Shown piece after piece: positions 50,161 to 62,860 of a stretch of 64,000 nt of DNA. The notes beneath the pieces were generated by a model. The model was not told the origin of the DNA. It did no database searches and saw only the letters and a program-made list of their open reading frames with translations. Within the stretch, counting starts at the first letter, position 1; every line of letters starts with the position of its first letter. Where the stretch lies: contig NC_069002.1 of the NCBI RefSeq assembly GCF_001194135.2, forward strand, positions 17,326,390-17,390,389. Direction: 5' to 3'. This stretch comes from Octopus bimaculoides. Taxonomy: Eukaryota. A program made the translations under genes and the position numbers.

Positions 50161-51708
50161 CACACACACACACGTATGTATGTATGCATGTATGTATGTA
50201 TGTATGTATGCGCAGAGGTGTTTTAGTATCACATTATTGGAAATAGGGAAAACAATCCAAAAATATATTCATACATGTATGTGCATGTGTGTGTTTGTGT
50301 TTTGCAATTATAGGAACCTTACCAAACCATTGTTACTATTTGTGTGTGTGTGTGTGTAAATATATATATATTGATATACATGCATATATACACATATACA
50401 TGCTTACATGCATGTGCTATGTTGTGCCCTTTGCATTTCTCCCCTCTTTAGTGTTCTCCCACACTCCTCTACTACAACCATCTACACTATTATTACTGCT
50501 GTTACTATTACTACTACTACTACTGATGCAGCTACTACTACTACTGCCGCTGATGCTGACCATGAATATTGGAATGAATGGAATGACATCATGAATAAGC
50601 CACCCCTCCACCTCACCATTACCACCACCACCGCCACCGCCGCCGCCGCCACCTGTCCACATGAATGTATCTGTTTTGCTGATCGATCTATTCCTCGAGC
50701 TTATTGATTTTTCTGTGCAGTCAAATATTCTCATTGTCTGCAACTTGTCTTCCACCTCTATCTCTTCCTTACTTTCTCCTATCTGTTACTTTCACTTTCT
50801 CTCTTGCTCTGTGTGTGTGTGTGTGTGCGTGCGTGCGTGTGTGTATATAACCCCCTTTCTCTCCTTCATGTGTTTGACATTTTTTCTTTCTTTCCATCCT
50901 ATCTNNNNNNNNNNNNNNNNNNNNNNNNNNNNNNNNNNNNNNNNNNNNNNNNNNNNNNNNNNNNNNNNNNNNNNNNNNNNNNNNNNNNNNNNNNNNNNNN
51001 NNNNNNNNNNNNNNNNNNNNNNNNNNNNNNNNNNNNNNNNNNNNNNNNNNNNNNNNNNNNNNNNNNNNNNNNNNNNNNNNNNNNNNNNNNNNNNNNNNNN
51101 NNNNNNNNNNNNNNNNNNNNNNNNNNNNNNNNNNNNNNNNNNNNNNNNNNNNNNNNNNNNNNNNNNNNNNNNNNNNNNNNNNNNNNNNNNNNNNNNNNNN
51201 NNNNNNNNNNNNNNNNNNNNNNNNNNNNNNNNNNNNNNNNNNNNNNNNNNNNNNNNNNNNNNNNNNNNNNNNNNNNNNNNNNNNNNNNNNNNNNNNNNNN
51301 NNNNNNNNNNNNNNNNNNNNNNNNNNNNNNNNNNNNNNNNNNNNNNNNNNNNNNNNNNNNNNNNNNNNNNNNNNNNNNNNNNNNNNNNNNNNNNNNNNNN
51401 NNNNNNNNNNNNNNNNNNNNNNNNNNNNNNNNNNNNNNNNNNNNNNNNNNNNNNNNNNNNNNNNNNNNNNNNNNNNNNNNNNNNNNNNNNNNNNNNNNNN
51501 NNNNNNNNNNNNNNNNNNNNNNNNNNNNNNNNNNNNNCATCATCATCATCATCATTGGTAGAAAGCTGGACAAAATGCACTGCAATATTTACTTCATCTT
51601 TCACGGATTTTATAGACTAATTATCAGTCAAGTTACATTTTGTTAATTTAATTGACTCAACTCTCCTCCCCAAAGCTGTGACTAATATGTTGGTTAGAAA
51701 ATCCAGAC

Positions 51709-51758
<50 letters not shown>

Positions 51759-52699
51759 AAAAAAAATTCACCCTCCAAAGTCATCTTTACCCATCATCCT
51801 ATCGTGGATGACAAAATAAGTACTAGTAACCAACTTTCTTCTCACCTCAAAATTGCTTGCCTCGTGTTGAAAATTAGAAGGGATCACCATCTGACAATAA
51901 TTCTGCTTGTCATTGCGTTACTTAGCCCATCGGTAACACTTTCATGTGATTAGAGAAAAAGAGGGAGAAAGAAAAGAGGAAGAGAGAAATGTCCATGATG
52001 TGAGATAGAGGGAATGTAATTGAAACGTTTTTATGTGATTAGTTGAAGAGAAAGAGAGGAGAAAGAAAAAGGAGAGAGAAAAAGAGAATAAGGTGAAGGG
52101 TGAGATAGAAAAAGGAAGAGAGAAAGCAAGAGAGAGAGAGAGAGAAGCATCCATGATGTGAGGTAGGGGGAGTGTAATGTTTATTACGTAGTTAAAAAAG
52201 TTAGTTGAAGGTAGTGATGATATAAAGAGGAGGAGATTTAAAAATATAATTTTAGCAGTGGGGTAATGTTCTGATGGTGAGTTTAATGAAAGGCAGAGAG
52301 AAAGAGAGTGATGATGAGGATGATGATGGTGATTGGATAGTGAAAAGTGTATTATTTTTTTTTTAATTGAGCTAAGTTTTTTTTGTATCACCTATCACTT
52401 AATGCAAGCACATAAGTGCAATTCTGTGAAATATTCATGCTTATTTACATGGCAGACATTAGCAATTTAACTAAAGGTTGTATCATATGTACAGAATGTT
52501 TTGTTTTTTTTTGTTTATGGGGAAAATGGAAAATTAAGAGCGAACATTTATTTTATAAGTGCTGTGTGTTAAGTTTATAAAATTGTGCACAAAGTGTATA
52601 TATAAAGTGCATTAAGTAATCATCGTATTCCAATTTCTTTCACTTTCCAGTGAGTAACAGATGAGCAACTTTCTTTGCATACAGACACAACATATACTC

Positions 52700-53062
52700 T
52701 TTTACCTGTTTCAGTCATTTGACTGTGGCCATGCTGGAGCACAGCCTTTAGTCGAGCAAATCGACTCCAAGACTTATTCTTTGCAAGCCTAGTACTTATT
52801 CTATCGGTTTCTTTTGCCGAAGTGCTAAGTTACAGGGACATAAACACACCAACATCGGTTGTCAAGCGATGTTGGGGGGAAAGACATGTGTACATATATA
52901 CGACAGGCTTCTTTCAGTTTCCGTCTACCAAATCCACTTACAAGGCTTTGGTCGGCCCGAGGCTATAACAGAAGACACTTGCCCAAGGTGCCATGCAGTG
53001 GGACTGAACCTGGAACCACGTGGTTGGTAAGCAAGCTACTTACCACACAGCCACTCCTACGC
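52700..53062 (-). mobile_element. SINE family A
   Basis: Matches 40495-40890. Confidence 0.85.
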
Positions 53063-53169
53063 TTTCAGGATTTTTTGGGATAAAGTTTTCAGAAATAACC
53101 CAATAGGTTTACCATTAATTCCTTGAAATATTCACTGGTCTCACTAGTTATTATTATAATTATAATGAC

Positions 53170-54030
53170 CAATATTATTAAGGCAGCTAGGTGGCAGAAT
53201 CATTAGCATGCCAGGCAAAATGCTGAGTTCAAATTCTGCCAAGGTCAACTTTGCCTTTCATTCTTTCAGGGTTGATAAAATGAGTAGCAGTTGAGTAATG
53301 GGGTCAATGTAATCGAATTACTCCCTCCCCTGAAATTGCTGGCCTTGTGCCAAAATTTGAAATCCTTATTATTATTACTATAGTGATGAGCTAGCAGAAT
53401 TGTTAGCATGCCAGGCGAAATGCTTAGCGGCATTTCGTCTGCTGCTAGATTCTGAGTTCAGATTCTGCTGAGGTCAAGTTTGCCTTTCATCCTTTCGGGG
53501 TTGATAGATTAAGTACCAGTTGGGTACTGGGGTTGATGTAATCAAGTGCCTCCTCCCCCAAATTTCAGGCCTTGTGCTTATAGTAGAAAAGATTATTATT
53601 ATTATTATTATTATGGTGGTGAGCTAGCAGAATCATTAGCACACTGGACAAAACGCTTAGTGACTTTTCGTGTGCCTTGGCATTATGAGTTCAAATTCTA
53701 CAAAGGTCAACTTTAATTTTCTTCCCTTCAGGGGTCAATAAAATAAAAACCAGTCAAACACTGGGGTTGATTTAATTGACTATTTCCCAACCCCCAAATT
53801 TCAGACCTTGTACCTGTAATAGAAAGGATTATTATTGTTATTGTAATAATTTCTATCCGAGGTAATAGACCACAAATTTTGGGAAGATGATAGTTGAATA
53901 AACTAACCACATCCCTCTCTGTTCTTCACAACATGAACAGTTCTTTGTTCCATTGACCTTGGTAGGATGAAAGGCAAAGCTGATCGCAACAGTATTTGAA
54001 CTCAAAAATATAAATGACTGCAAGGCATTT
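53170..54030 (+). mobile_element. Three head-to-tail SINE-B copies plus one opposite-strand partial
   Basis: Heads at about 53175, 53385 and 53613, each following the previous copy's (ATT)n tail. Confidence 0.8.
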
Positions 54031-54254
54031 TGTCTGATGATCAATCTATCGAGTTTATCTCTTTATAATAATAATATTAACATAATAATGATAATAGCAA
54101 TATTAATAACAAGCATTAAAATGAGTGTGATACAATTTGTAATAAATAGAGATTGACTCTGTTTAATGAATTCAATAAACAGTCAAATTCTATTTATTAC
54201 AAATCATGCTGTTCTCATCTTATTGCTTATTTACCTTCTTGAAGCATTACATCT

Positions 54255-54612
54255 CTTTTACTCTTTTACTCTTACTTGTTTCAGTCATTTGACTGCAGCC
54301 ATGCTGGAGCACCGCCTTTAGTCGAACAAATCGACCCCAGGACTTATTCTTTGTAAGCCTAGTACTTATTCTATCGGTCTTTTGCTGAACTGCTAAATTA
54401 CGGGGACAAACATATACACACACACACACATATACACATACATATATACGATGGGATTCTTTCAATTTCCATCTACTAAATCCACTCACAAGGCTTTGGT
54501 CGGCCCGAGGCTATAGTAGGAGACATTTGCCGAGGGTGCCACACAGTGGGACCGAATGCGGAACCATGTGGTTGGTAAGCAAGCTACTTACCACACAGCC
54601 ACTCCTGTGCCT
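54255..54612 (-). mobile_element. SINE family A
   Basis: Matches 40495-40890. Confidence 0.85.
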
Positions 54613-54712
54613 ATAATGTCAATATTCATAAATTATTATTATTAATAATAATAATAATAATATTTTAAAAAAAGGATTGATGTAACTCTTCACGAAGGTA
54701 AATAGTCTTGAC

Positions 54713-54739
<27 letters not shown>

Positions 54740-54743
<4 letters not shown>

Positions 54744-55610
54744 TTTGGCACAAGGCCAGCATTTTGGGGTGGGGGAGTGGATAAATCAATTACCTCAATC
54801 ACCCCCCCCAGTATTGAACTGGTGCTTATTTTATCAACCCTGAAAGGATGAAAGGCAAAGTTGACCTCATCAGAATTTGAACTCAGAATGTAAAGATGGA
54901 TGAAATGCTATTGAACATGGTACAGTAGTGATTCTGTCATCCTTTTGTACTATAGGCATTAGTCCTGAAATTTGGTGGGAAGGGGCTAGTTGATTACACT
55001 GACACCAGTACTTGATTGGTACTTTGTTTTATCTACCCCAAAAGGATGAAAGGTAAAATTGACCTCAAGCAGCATTTGATCTCAAAACAAAGAGTTGAAG
55101 AAATGCTGCTAAGCATATTGTTCAATACTCTAATGATTCTGCCACAGTTCGCCATCTCTAATAATAATTCTTTCTAATTTTGGCACTAGGCCAGCAATTT
55201 TGAGGGGACACAGCATGTTGATTACATTGATCCTTGTAGTTGACTGGTAGCTAATTTTATCAACCCTGAAAGGAAGGAAGGCAAAGTTGACCTTGGCAGG
55301 ATTTTTAGAAGAAATACCAATGAACATTTTGTCCAACATGCCAACAATTCTGCCAGCTTTCCACCTTGAAAGTAATAGTTCTTTCTTCTATTGGTAAAAG
55401 GTCAGCAATTTGATGGAGAGTGGAACTAGTCAATTACATTGCCCCCACCCTTCCCCCAGTGTTTAACTGGTATACATTTTATCAATGCTGAATAGATGAA
55501 AAGCAAAGTTGATCTCTGTGGAATTTGAACCTAGAATGTAAATCCAGAAGAAATACCTCTAAACATTTTGTCTTGCGTGCTAACAAATCTGCCTACTCAC
55601 TGTCTTAACC
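54740..55610 (-). mobile_element. Array of four SINE-B copies
   Basis: Copies at about 54741, 54945, 55165 and 55385. Confidence 0.75.
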
Positions 55611-56789
55611 CTTAGGAGACAACAGGGCCAATCTATCGGCCAAAAAGTAGAACGACAAAGAAGAGCATATTAATTCATTCAATTTCCAACAAGAATATGT
55701 ATAATTATATACATGTAAAATAATTACTTTATTTTTGATAAATTTCTTTGAAACAAAAGTGCATGCCCTCTGTAGGACTTGTGAAAAAGGCTCTGTCTTC
55801 TTGGCACTGAAACTCCAAGTGAGGCTCCATCTCCAAAGGGTTAAGAAATGATAATGGGTAGAATTTGCAGAGTATCAGATGAAATGTCATATTTTGTATT
55901 ATCCCATTTACATTCTAAGATCAAATCCTGTCTGTGTTGTGTATTTCATCCCTCCATGGTCATATTAATAAACAAGAATAGTCAGGACAATGACAGTGAT
56001 CAATGAAAACAGATTACACCCCACCCCCAACATGTGACCTTGCACCTAAGCTAAAAACTTATTATTATCATCATCATCATCATTCCACCGGGGTCAGCTT
56101 TGCCTTTCATCCTTTCAGGCTCGATAAAATAAGTACCAGTTGAGTACTGGGGTCGATGTAATCAACTAACGACTAACCCCTTCCCCCCAAATTTCAGGCT
56201 TTGTGCTTTTAGTAGAAAGGATTATTATTATCATCATCATCATATAACACACTGGGTCAGCACAAATATTAATGCATTGAAGAAAATGCAAAGTAATATT
56301 TGTTAAAATTTCTGATTATTGGAGCAGACATGGCCTAGAGACATGCTTTAACAAAAGTTAAGGGGTGCTTCATTCCCAGTGGTCTTCCAGCATGCTGAAT
56401 ACCAACCCAGAATTTCTGAGGGATCATGCTATGGCTAGATAGTTGTTGAACCTACTCTGGATTCATCCATCCTTTTGAAAAGTCCTGCTGGGCTCCTCAC
56501 TTGGCAAGCCTAGTGCCATTGTTGGTTAAGTCACCAACAACCTGACCACGCAACAGGTTGTACTGGATTCCATATTACCAGGAGAAATTACGAGAGACCT
56601 CACAAGTGACCTGACACTAGCCTTGTCTTTCAACCCAATAAGGTTGGTAAAATAGTCCAGTCTAGTCATGTAATGAGTGTTTTCCTTGCAAATATTTGTG
56701 GCTTTGGGCCAAAGTATCAGAAAGTACATTGGCACAAAGCCAAAAATGTTTAGGGGAAAATAATTGTTATAAATCATTATCATTATTAT

Positions 56790-57340
56790 AAAAAAAACTG
56801 TTGTATGCCAAGTTCATTGGCAGAGATGTTATCTTGGGGTTTGGTAACAGCAGGTCACCTCAAGTCTCAGGAATCTTTTGTAGGGTTCTTTCACATCACA
56901 GGATGGCACTTTTCTGCAATTCCACACCATGAGTCCCAATTTCAATATATTTCAACCTCGCAGGTAGCAGTTCGGGTGTTGTACTGAGTGCACCAATTAT
57001 CACAAGAACAATTTTCCCACTTGTATTGCACAATCTCTTCATGTCTGTAGCTTGGTTCTGATATTTCTCTATTTTCTTGGCTTCCTTGATATATACTCTG
57101 TTATTATACAGCACTGCTAAGTCAACGGTCTTACAATTTTGTTATTTTCCATCTCCCACAATCATATCCAGTCTCCTTGCTTCAGTAGCATTGTTAGTCT
57201 CTCTGACATTATCCCATAAAATCCTCTAATTACCATTAATCATGACAGCTTCTGGCTTGCGTTCATACCTCTTTACTGTCACTTCAAATCCTCAAACTTG
57301 GCTCACATCCCACTGCACCCTTTTACTGACACAGTCATGG
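56790..57340 (-). mobile_element. 3' fragment of an R4/Dong-like non-LTR retrotransposon (restriction-like endonuclease domain), decayed
   Basis: Reads HDCVSKRVQWDVSQV*GFE...RILWDNVRETNNATEARRLDMIV...KTVDLAV...KEAKKIEKYQ...VIIGALSTTP...LQKSAIL, matching the R4-clade pattern HW..KILWD..TD....RRPDI..D..E.EKI.KY..VIGALG..LQK.ALL. Flanked by (TAA)n-type tracts. Confidence 0.75.
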
Positions 57341-57414
57341 ATTATTATTGTTTATTATTATTGTTGTTGTTGTTGTTGTTGTTGTTGCTGCTGCTGCTGC
57401 TGCTGTTGTTGTTG

Positions 57415-57449
<35 letters not shown>

Positions 57450-57454
<5 letters not shown>

Positions 57455-57667
57455 AAGCTGGCAGGATCTTTAGAGAATTGGTCCTTATGCTAAGTAATAT
57501 TTCTTCTGACTTAAGCACATTCTGAGTTTAAATTTCATTTGGGTGAACTTTGTTTTCATCCCTCTGGGGTTGATAAAATAAAATATCTGTCAAGTACTGG
57601 GGTTGATAACATCAATTAACCTCCTTCCCTCAGAATTGCTGGCCTTGTGCCAAAATTTGAAGTCATT

Positions 57668-57730
<63 letters not shown>

Positions 57731-58149
57731 ATTTTTATTATTAAGGTGGTAAGCTGGCAGAATTGTTAACATGCCAGGCAAAATGCTTAGAAGCATTTCG
57801 TCCATNNNNNNNNNNNNNNNNNNNNNNNNNNNNNNNNNNNNNNNNNNNNNNNNNNNNNNNNNNNNNNNNNNNNNNNNNNNNNNNNNNNNNNNNNNNNNNN
57901 NNNNNNNNNNNNNNNNNNNNNNNNNNNNNNNNNNNNNNNNNNNNNNNNNNNNNNNNGTTAGCACACTGGATGGAATTGTTCAGCAGTATTTCTTCTGTCG
58001 CTACATTCTGAGTTCAAATTCCGCCACGGTCAACTTTGCCTTTCATCCTTTTGGGGTCAATAAATTAAGTACCAGTGAAATACTGGAGTCAGTGTAATTG
58101 ACTATTCCCCTCCCCTGAAATTTCAGGCCTTGTGCCTTTGGTAGAAAGG

Positions 58150-58184
<35 letters not shown>

Positions 58185-58410
58185 GGTAGCAAACTAGCAA
58201 AATCGTTAGCATGCTAGGTGAAACGTTTTGTCTTGTTTATGTTCTGAGTTCAAATTCCACCGAGGTCGACTTTGCCTTTCATCCTTTCAGGGTCGATAAA
58301 AATAAGTACCAGTTGAGTACTGGGGTCGATGTAATCGACTACCCCCTCCCCCAAATTTCAGGCCTTGTGCCTATAATAGAAAGGATTATTATTATTATTA
58401 TTATTATTAC
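57450..58410 (+). mobile_element. Array of about four SINE-B copies linked by (ATT)n, one crossing a gap
   Basis: Heads at about 57452, 57745, 57960 and 58185. Confidence 0.8.
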
Positions 58411-59989
58411 TAAGTTTTTCTTGTGAAGTATACCAGTAATTTGTTTTCATTGTTCAGACTATATCTGCCTTCTGTTATTATTGTTGTTGTTGATTTTGAC
58501 TGTTTCTTCTCTGCATCTCTACAAATGCTGTTCTTCTCCCTTCCTTTCTCCTACTTTTGCTCTTCCTTGCCCCCTCTCTCCTCTTTCCAACACTGTCATC
58601 CTCCTCCTCCTCTTCGTCATCATCATCATCATCATCAAATATCATATACACATTGGTATGAACCACCAACACCTCACAACCTGATATCTGCTCTCTCACA
58701 ATCACCTCCACCACCACCACTGACCACAACCACCTTGACCACCATGCAATAGTTGCCATCATCACCATCACCATCACCACCGCCATCAAGCCAATGTTGT
58801 TATAACCCTCAGCATCACCATCATCATCATTACTACCATCATCACCGCCACCATTATCCAATATCTATCACTACCATCATTCTATAGAATAATCCTCTCT
58901 ACCATCACCTCTATCCATCATTGCCAGCATCACCATCTAATACTTCCACCACCACCACCACCACCACATGACATCATGGTCACTACTGCACCATCAAGCA
59001 TTTGCCACTGCCATCACCACTACCACCTCCACCATTACTTTTTATCCGCAGCCCTCCTCCTCTTTCTCATCAATATGTAGTGATGTTGGCCCATTGTCAG
59101 CTACAATCATTGACTTTGGCCAAACTACTTGGACTTGATGGCTAATAATGATCTGATTGTCTACTTTCGTTATTCTTTCCATTCCTTGTTTTGTTTTTGG
59201 TTTTTTCGCTTTTTTTTCGGCTTGTTTATCCACCTCTACCTACTTCTCCAACCCATTCATCCATCCAACCAATCATTCATTCATTCATTCATTCATTCAT
59301 TTGTAGATTGACTGACTGATTGATTGATTCATTCATTCATTGATCCTTTTGGTCATTCATCTGTTTTGTTTGTATGACCAGAACACAGTCAGATAATCTA
59401 ATACGTGTGTGTGTGTGTACACATGTATCTGTGTTTATATTCATTCAGTTACTCTCATTGTTTGGCAACAATGAGAGAGCAATCCACAATTTCCATTACC
59501 ATCTGAATGTTTAGCTCTCTCTCTCTTATCCAAAAACTGCTCCAGTCCCCCTCCACATTCACTCATTCACTCAATGTCCTTTCTTCACATTATTCATGCA
59601 ATACCACACTCATACACAGACTTAATATTTCACCACTTTTTCAATATTCAACATTGTCTCATTAACCCTCCTTACCCATACACAGTCTCCTACCTCCCCA
59701 TTTTTTACCATGTCCTCCTTTCTATCTGTGCGTCTACCTCTCTCTGTTTTTTCACCCCATGCAAGGACTGTGACAATCCCTTCTGCTCATTTGTTCCAGC
59801 TCTCTCTCTCTCTGTCTCTTCACTCCACATCACTCATTCATACCATCTGTCTCTCAATCAGGACATTATCACTCAATGTCATTCACTTTCCCAATCACTC
59901 ACATTATTTCTCTCTCTCCATGTTATTCATGACTCCACATCACTCATGTGTTCACTGACCCATTGGCATTATCTCTCTCTCTCTCTTTT

Positions 59990-60490
59990 ATGATATTCAT
60001 CACTCCAAGGGGCTGCACCGAAGACTTTCCTAGGTCCTTAGGTCGTCCAAGACTGGAGGACCGTAAAGCAACAATTCTTGTATACCCCTCAAGAACTCAA
60101 TTGCCTTATTCTTTCTTTCATCTTTAGACAGTGTTATTCCACACCACCTATACACCCAATCTCTTCCCTTCTCCATTCAGCCAAGAGACAGTATATGCCA
60201 TCAGAATTCCATTTCTCTCTCTCTCAAAAGATCTTGCCAAACCATACTTCACTCATAACTTCCCTTCTTCTTTTATTATAGATCTCATTCATGCTGAACT
60301 ATGTTTCGTATCCAAGGACAAGTTCACACACTTCATAATAGTTCACTCTAACTCTCTTTCTCCGTCATTCAATTGATCTTGCTCACCCTCTCATCCAAGG
60401 GCAAGTGTACTCTACTTCCCAGTCCATCACACTCTAACCTTTCATCATCTGACACAAGATCACCTCCTCTAATGCCCTCTCTCCTCTCAA
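59990..60490 (-). pseudogene. Very decayed RTE LINE ORF2 remnant
   Basis: Scattered frames give DLVSDDERLEC, LGYET*, RWCGITLSKDE and LGRPK, in the order expected for RTE ORF2. Confidence 0.4.
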
Positions 60491-60519
60491 AGGATCTTTA
60501 TCTTGCTAGTTACTTGGTG

Positions 60520-60790
60520 ACCCTGTCAGTTTGGTGCCATGTAAAAAAGCACCCAGTCCACACTGTAAAGTGGTTGGTGTTTGGAAGGGCATCCAGTAGT
60601 AAAAACCATGCCAAAACTGACCTTGTCTGTGCTTCTACCACTTAAAAAGCACTCTTTCCACTCTGTTGGGTTGTTGGTGTTAGGAAGGGCATCCAACCCT
60701 AAAAACATGCCAAAACAGACACAGAAGCATGGCACAGGCTCAGGCCTGTGCCAGCCCCTGTCAGACCATCCAACCCATATTCACAACAGA
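60520..60790 (+). mobile_element. RTE-type 3' UTR fragment with an internal dimer
   Basis: aaaagcac...ggttggtgtt.ggaagggcatcca...aaaaacatgccaaaac occurs twice. Confidence 0.65.
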
Positions 60791-61904
60791 AACACATTTG
60801 TAAACTAAACTTCAGTTTCTCTATCTTTTCAAATTTGTTAGCCCAATACAAGTTTTAACTGACTAGGTTATGGTCCCTCTCCATCCAGGTTCCTCTGACA
60901 CAACTTTTTTTCTTTCTCCCCATAATATTGGGTTTTGGACACCAGGACTGCTCTAACCACTTCTGGATGATCCTGTCTCCTCAATGCATCAAGCCTTTCA
61001 AAATATCATACCTACTCCTCTTTTGTCAACGTATTTCCTGCTTCTTTCTATTGGCGGGTGTTCAAGCTGAACATAAACCACTCAGTGGGACCTACAAAGT
61101 TTATGGGATCACTCCTGCCTCCTGACTAAACCATAAAACAAACAAAAAAACCTACTGTTGCAACTCACCCCTACTCAAGCTCACTCCTAACTCTAGCCCA
61201 CTCTTAACACAAGTCCACCCCTAACTAAAGCCTACTCCAACTCAAGCTTCCCCCAACTNNNNNNNNNNNNNNNNNNNNNNNNNNNNNNNNNNNNNNNNNN
61301 NNNNNNNNNNNNNNNNNNNNNNNNNNNNNNNNNNNNNNNNNNNNNNNNNNNNNNNNNNNNNNNNNNNNNNNNNNNNNNNNNNNNNNNNNNNNNNNNNNNN
61401 NNNNNNNNNNNNNNNNNNNNNNNNNNNNNNNNNNNNNNNNNNNNNNNNNNNNNNNNNNNNNNNNNNNNNNNNNNNNNNNNNNNNNNNNNNNNNNNNNNNN
61501 NNNNNNNNNNNNNNNNNNNNNNNNNNNNNNNNNNNNNNNNNNNNNNNNNNNNNNNNNNNNNNNNNNNNNNNNNNNNNNNNNNNNNNNNNNNNNNNNNNNN
61601 NNNNNNNNNNNNNNNNNNNNNNNNNNNNNNNNNNNNNNNNNNNNNNNNNNNNNNNNNNNNNNNNNNNNNNNNNNNNNNTCCTTGACCACTGGTGTGCTCA
61701 ATCAGGACTGACCTCTAGCTAAGGTAATAATTATAACTCTTTTTTCATGAGACAATGAAGAAGCGTCTGTGTTCATCCAATCTGCTAGAAATAGCAGCCA
61801 AATCTCACTCAAATTAAACAAAGGTGAAAATGTTAGACATTGTATTCTTTGATATAAATGCAAAAAAAAAAAATGATGGTCATTGATTATGAGTGTACTC
61901 AATA

Positions 61905-62250
61905 AGAGCTCAGTGGTTAGAGCTTCGGGCTCAAAATCATGAAGTAGCAAGTTCAATTCCCAGACTGGGCTGTGTGCTGTGTTCTTGAGCCAGACACTTT
62001 ATTTCACATTGCTCCAGTTCACTCAGCTGTGGAAATGAGTTGTGACGTCACAGGTGCCAAGCTGTGTCAACCTTTACCTTTCCCTTGGATAACATCGGTG
62101 GCATGGAGTGGGGAGGCTGGTATGCATGGGCAACTACTGCCCTTCCATAAACAAACTTGCCTGGACTTGTACCTCCTCAGAGGAGAACTTTTTAGGTGCA
62201 ATCCCATGGTCATTCATCACTGAAGGGGGTTTTTACCTTTAAAGTAACCC
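61905..62250 (+). mobile_element. SINE family C, full length
   Basis: gctcagtggttagagcttcgggctc...gttcaattcccagac...ttcttgagccagacacttta. Confidence 0.85.
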
Positions 62251-62559
62251 TGTATACATCTTACATTAGTCAAACTGGTGTCATCATCTTGATTGTTGCT
62301 TTCACTACATTTTGGCTGTTGTGCACTCCAGCCTTCTTCAGGTGTTTTGAGTCAAACTTGGGTTGTTGTATCAGAATTTTGAACCTAACCCTTTATCTGA
62401 TTTTCAGGGGTACACTGTTCTCATTCCACTCTCTGCATTTCACATTTTTTGCTTCAGTTAAATTATGAAAATTATCTTTCGTGCCTGGCTTGGGATTGAA
62501 CTTAGAACTTCTAGGTGACTGCACTGCATTAACCAATGTTTTTATCTAGTCTGACTAAT

Positions 62560-62860
62560 CATCATTTAATGTCCACCTTCCATACTGGCATGAGTTGGAT
62601 GGTTTGACAGGAGCCAGCCAGGTAGAAGACTACACCTTACTTCTGTGTCTGTTTTGGCATGGTTTTTATGGCTGGATGCCCTTCCTAATACCAACCACCC
62701 TGCAGAGTGGACTGAGTGCTTTTTATGTGGCCCCAGCATAAGTGAGGTCAGTTTTGGTATGGTTTTTACAGCTGGACGCCTTTCCAAATGCCAACCACTT
62801 CTCAGTGTGGACTGGATGCTTCTTATAGGGCACCAGCAGGGTCACCATATAACATGCAAG
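62560..62860 (-). mobile_element. RTE-type 3' UTR fragment with an internal dimer
   Basis: Reverse complement of the 60520-60790 architecture. Confidence 0.65.

Larger units (their letters stand above)
288..61678. other. 13 assembly gaps (N runs), many flanked by microsatellites
   Basis: N runs at 288-343, 3036-3545, 5109-5689, 8653-8662, 13281-14217, 22626-22674, 24368-25216, 42531-42594, 46978-47806, 49475-49728, 50905-51537, 57806-57955, 61259-61678. Confidence 0.97.

Noticed and set aside
56790-58410. Idea that SINE-B is the non-autonomous partner of the Dong-like element
   Set aside because: SINE-B sense tails are (ATT)n while the Dong-like sense flanks are (TAA)n (opposite polarity), and I saw no shared 3' sequence.
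2936-61701. Long ORFs in the track (e.g. 13181-14370, 24095-25339, 46873-48000, 50661-51646)
   Set aside because: They are long only because N runs translate as X; the real flanks are microsatellites or repeats.
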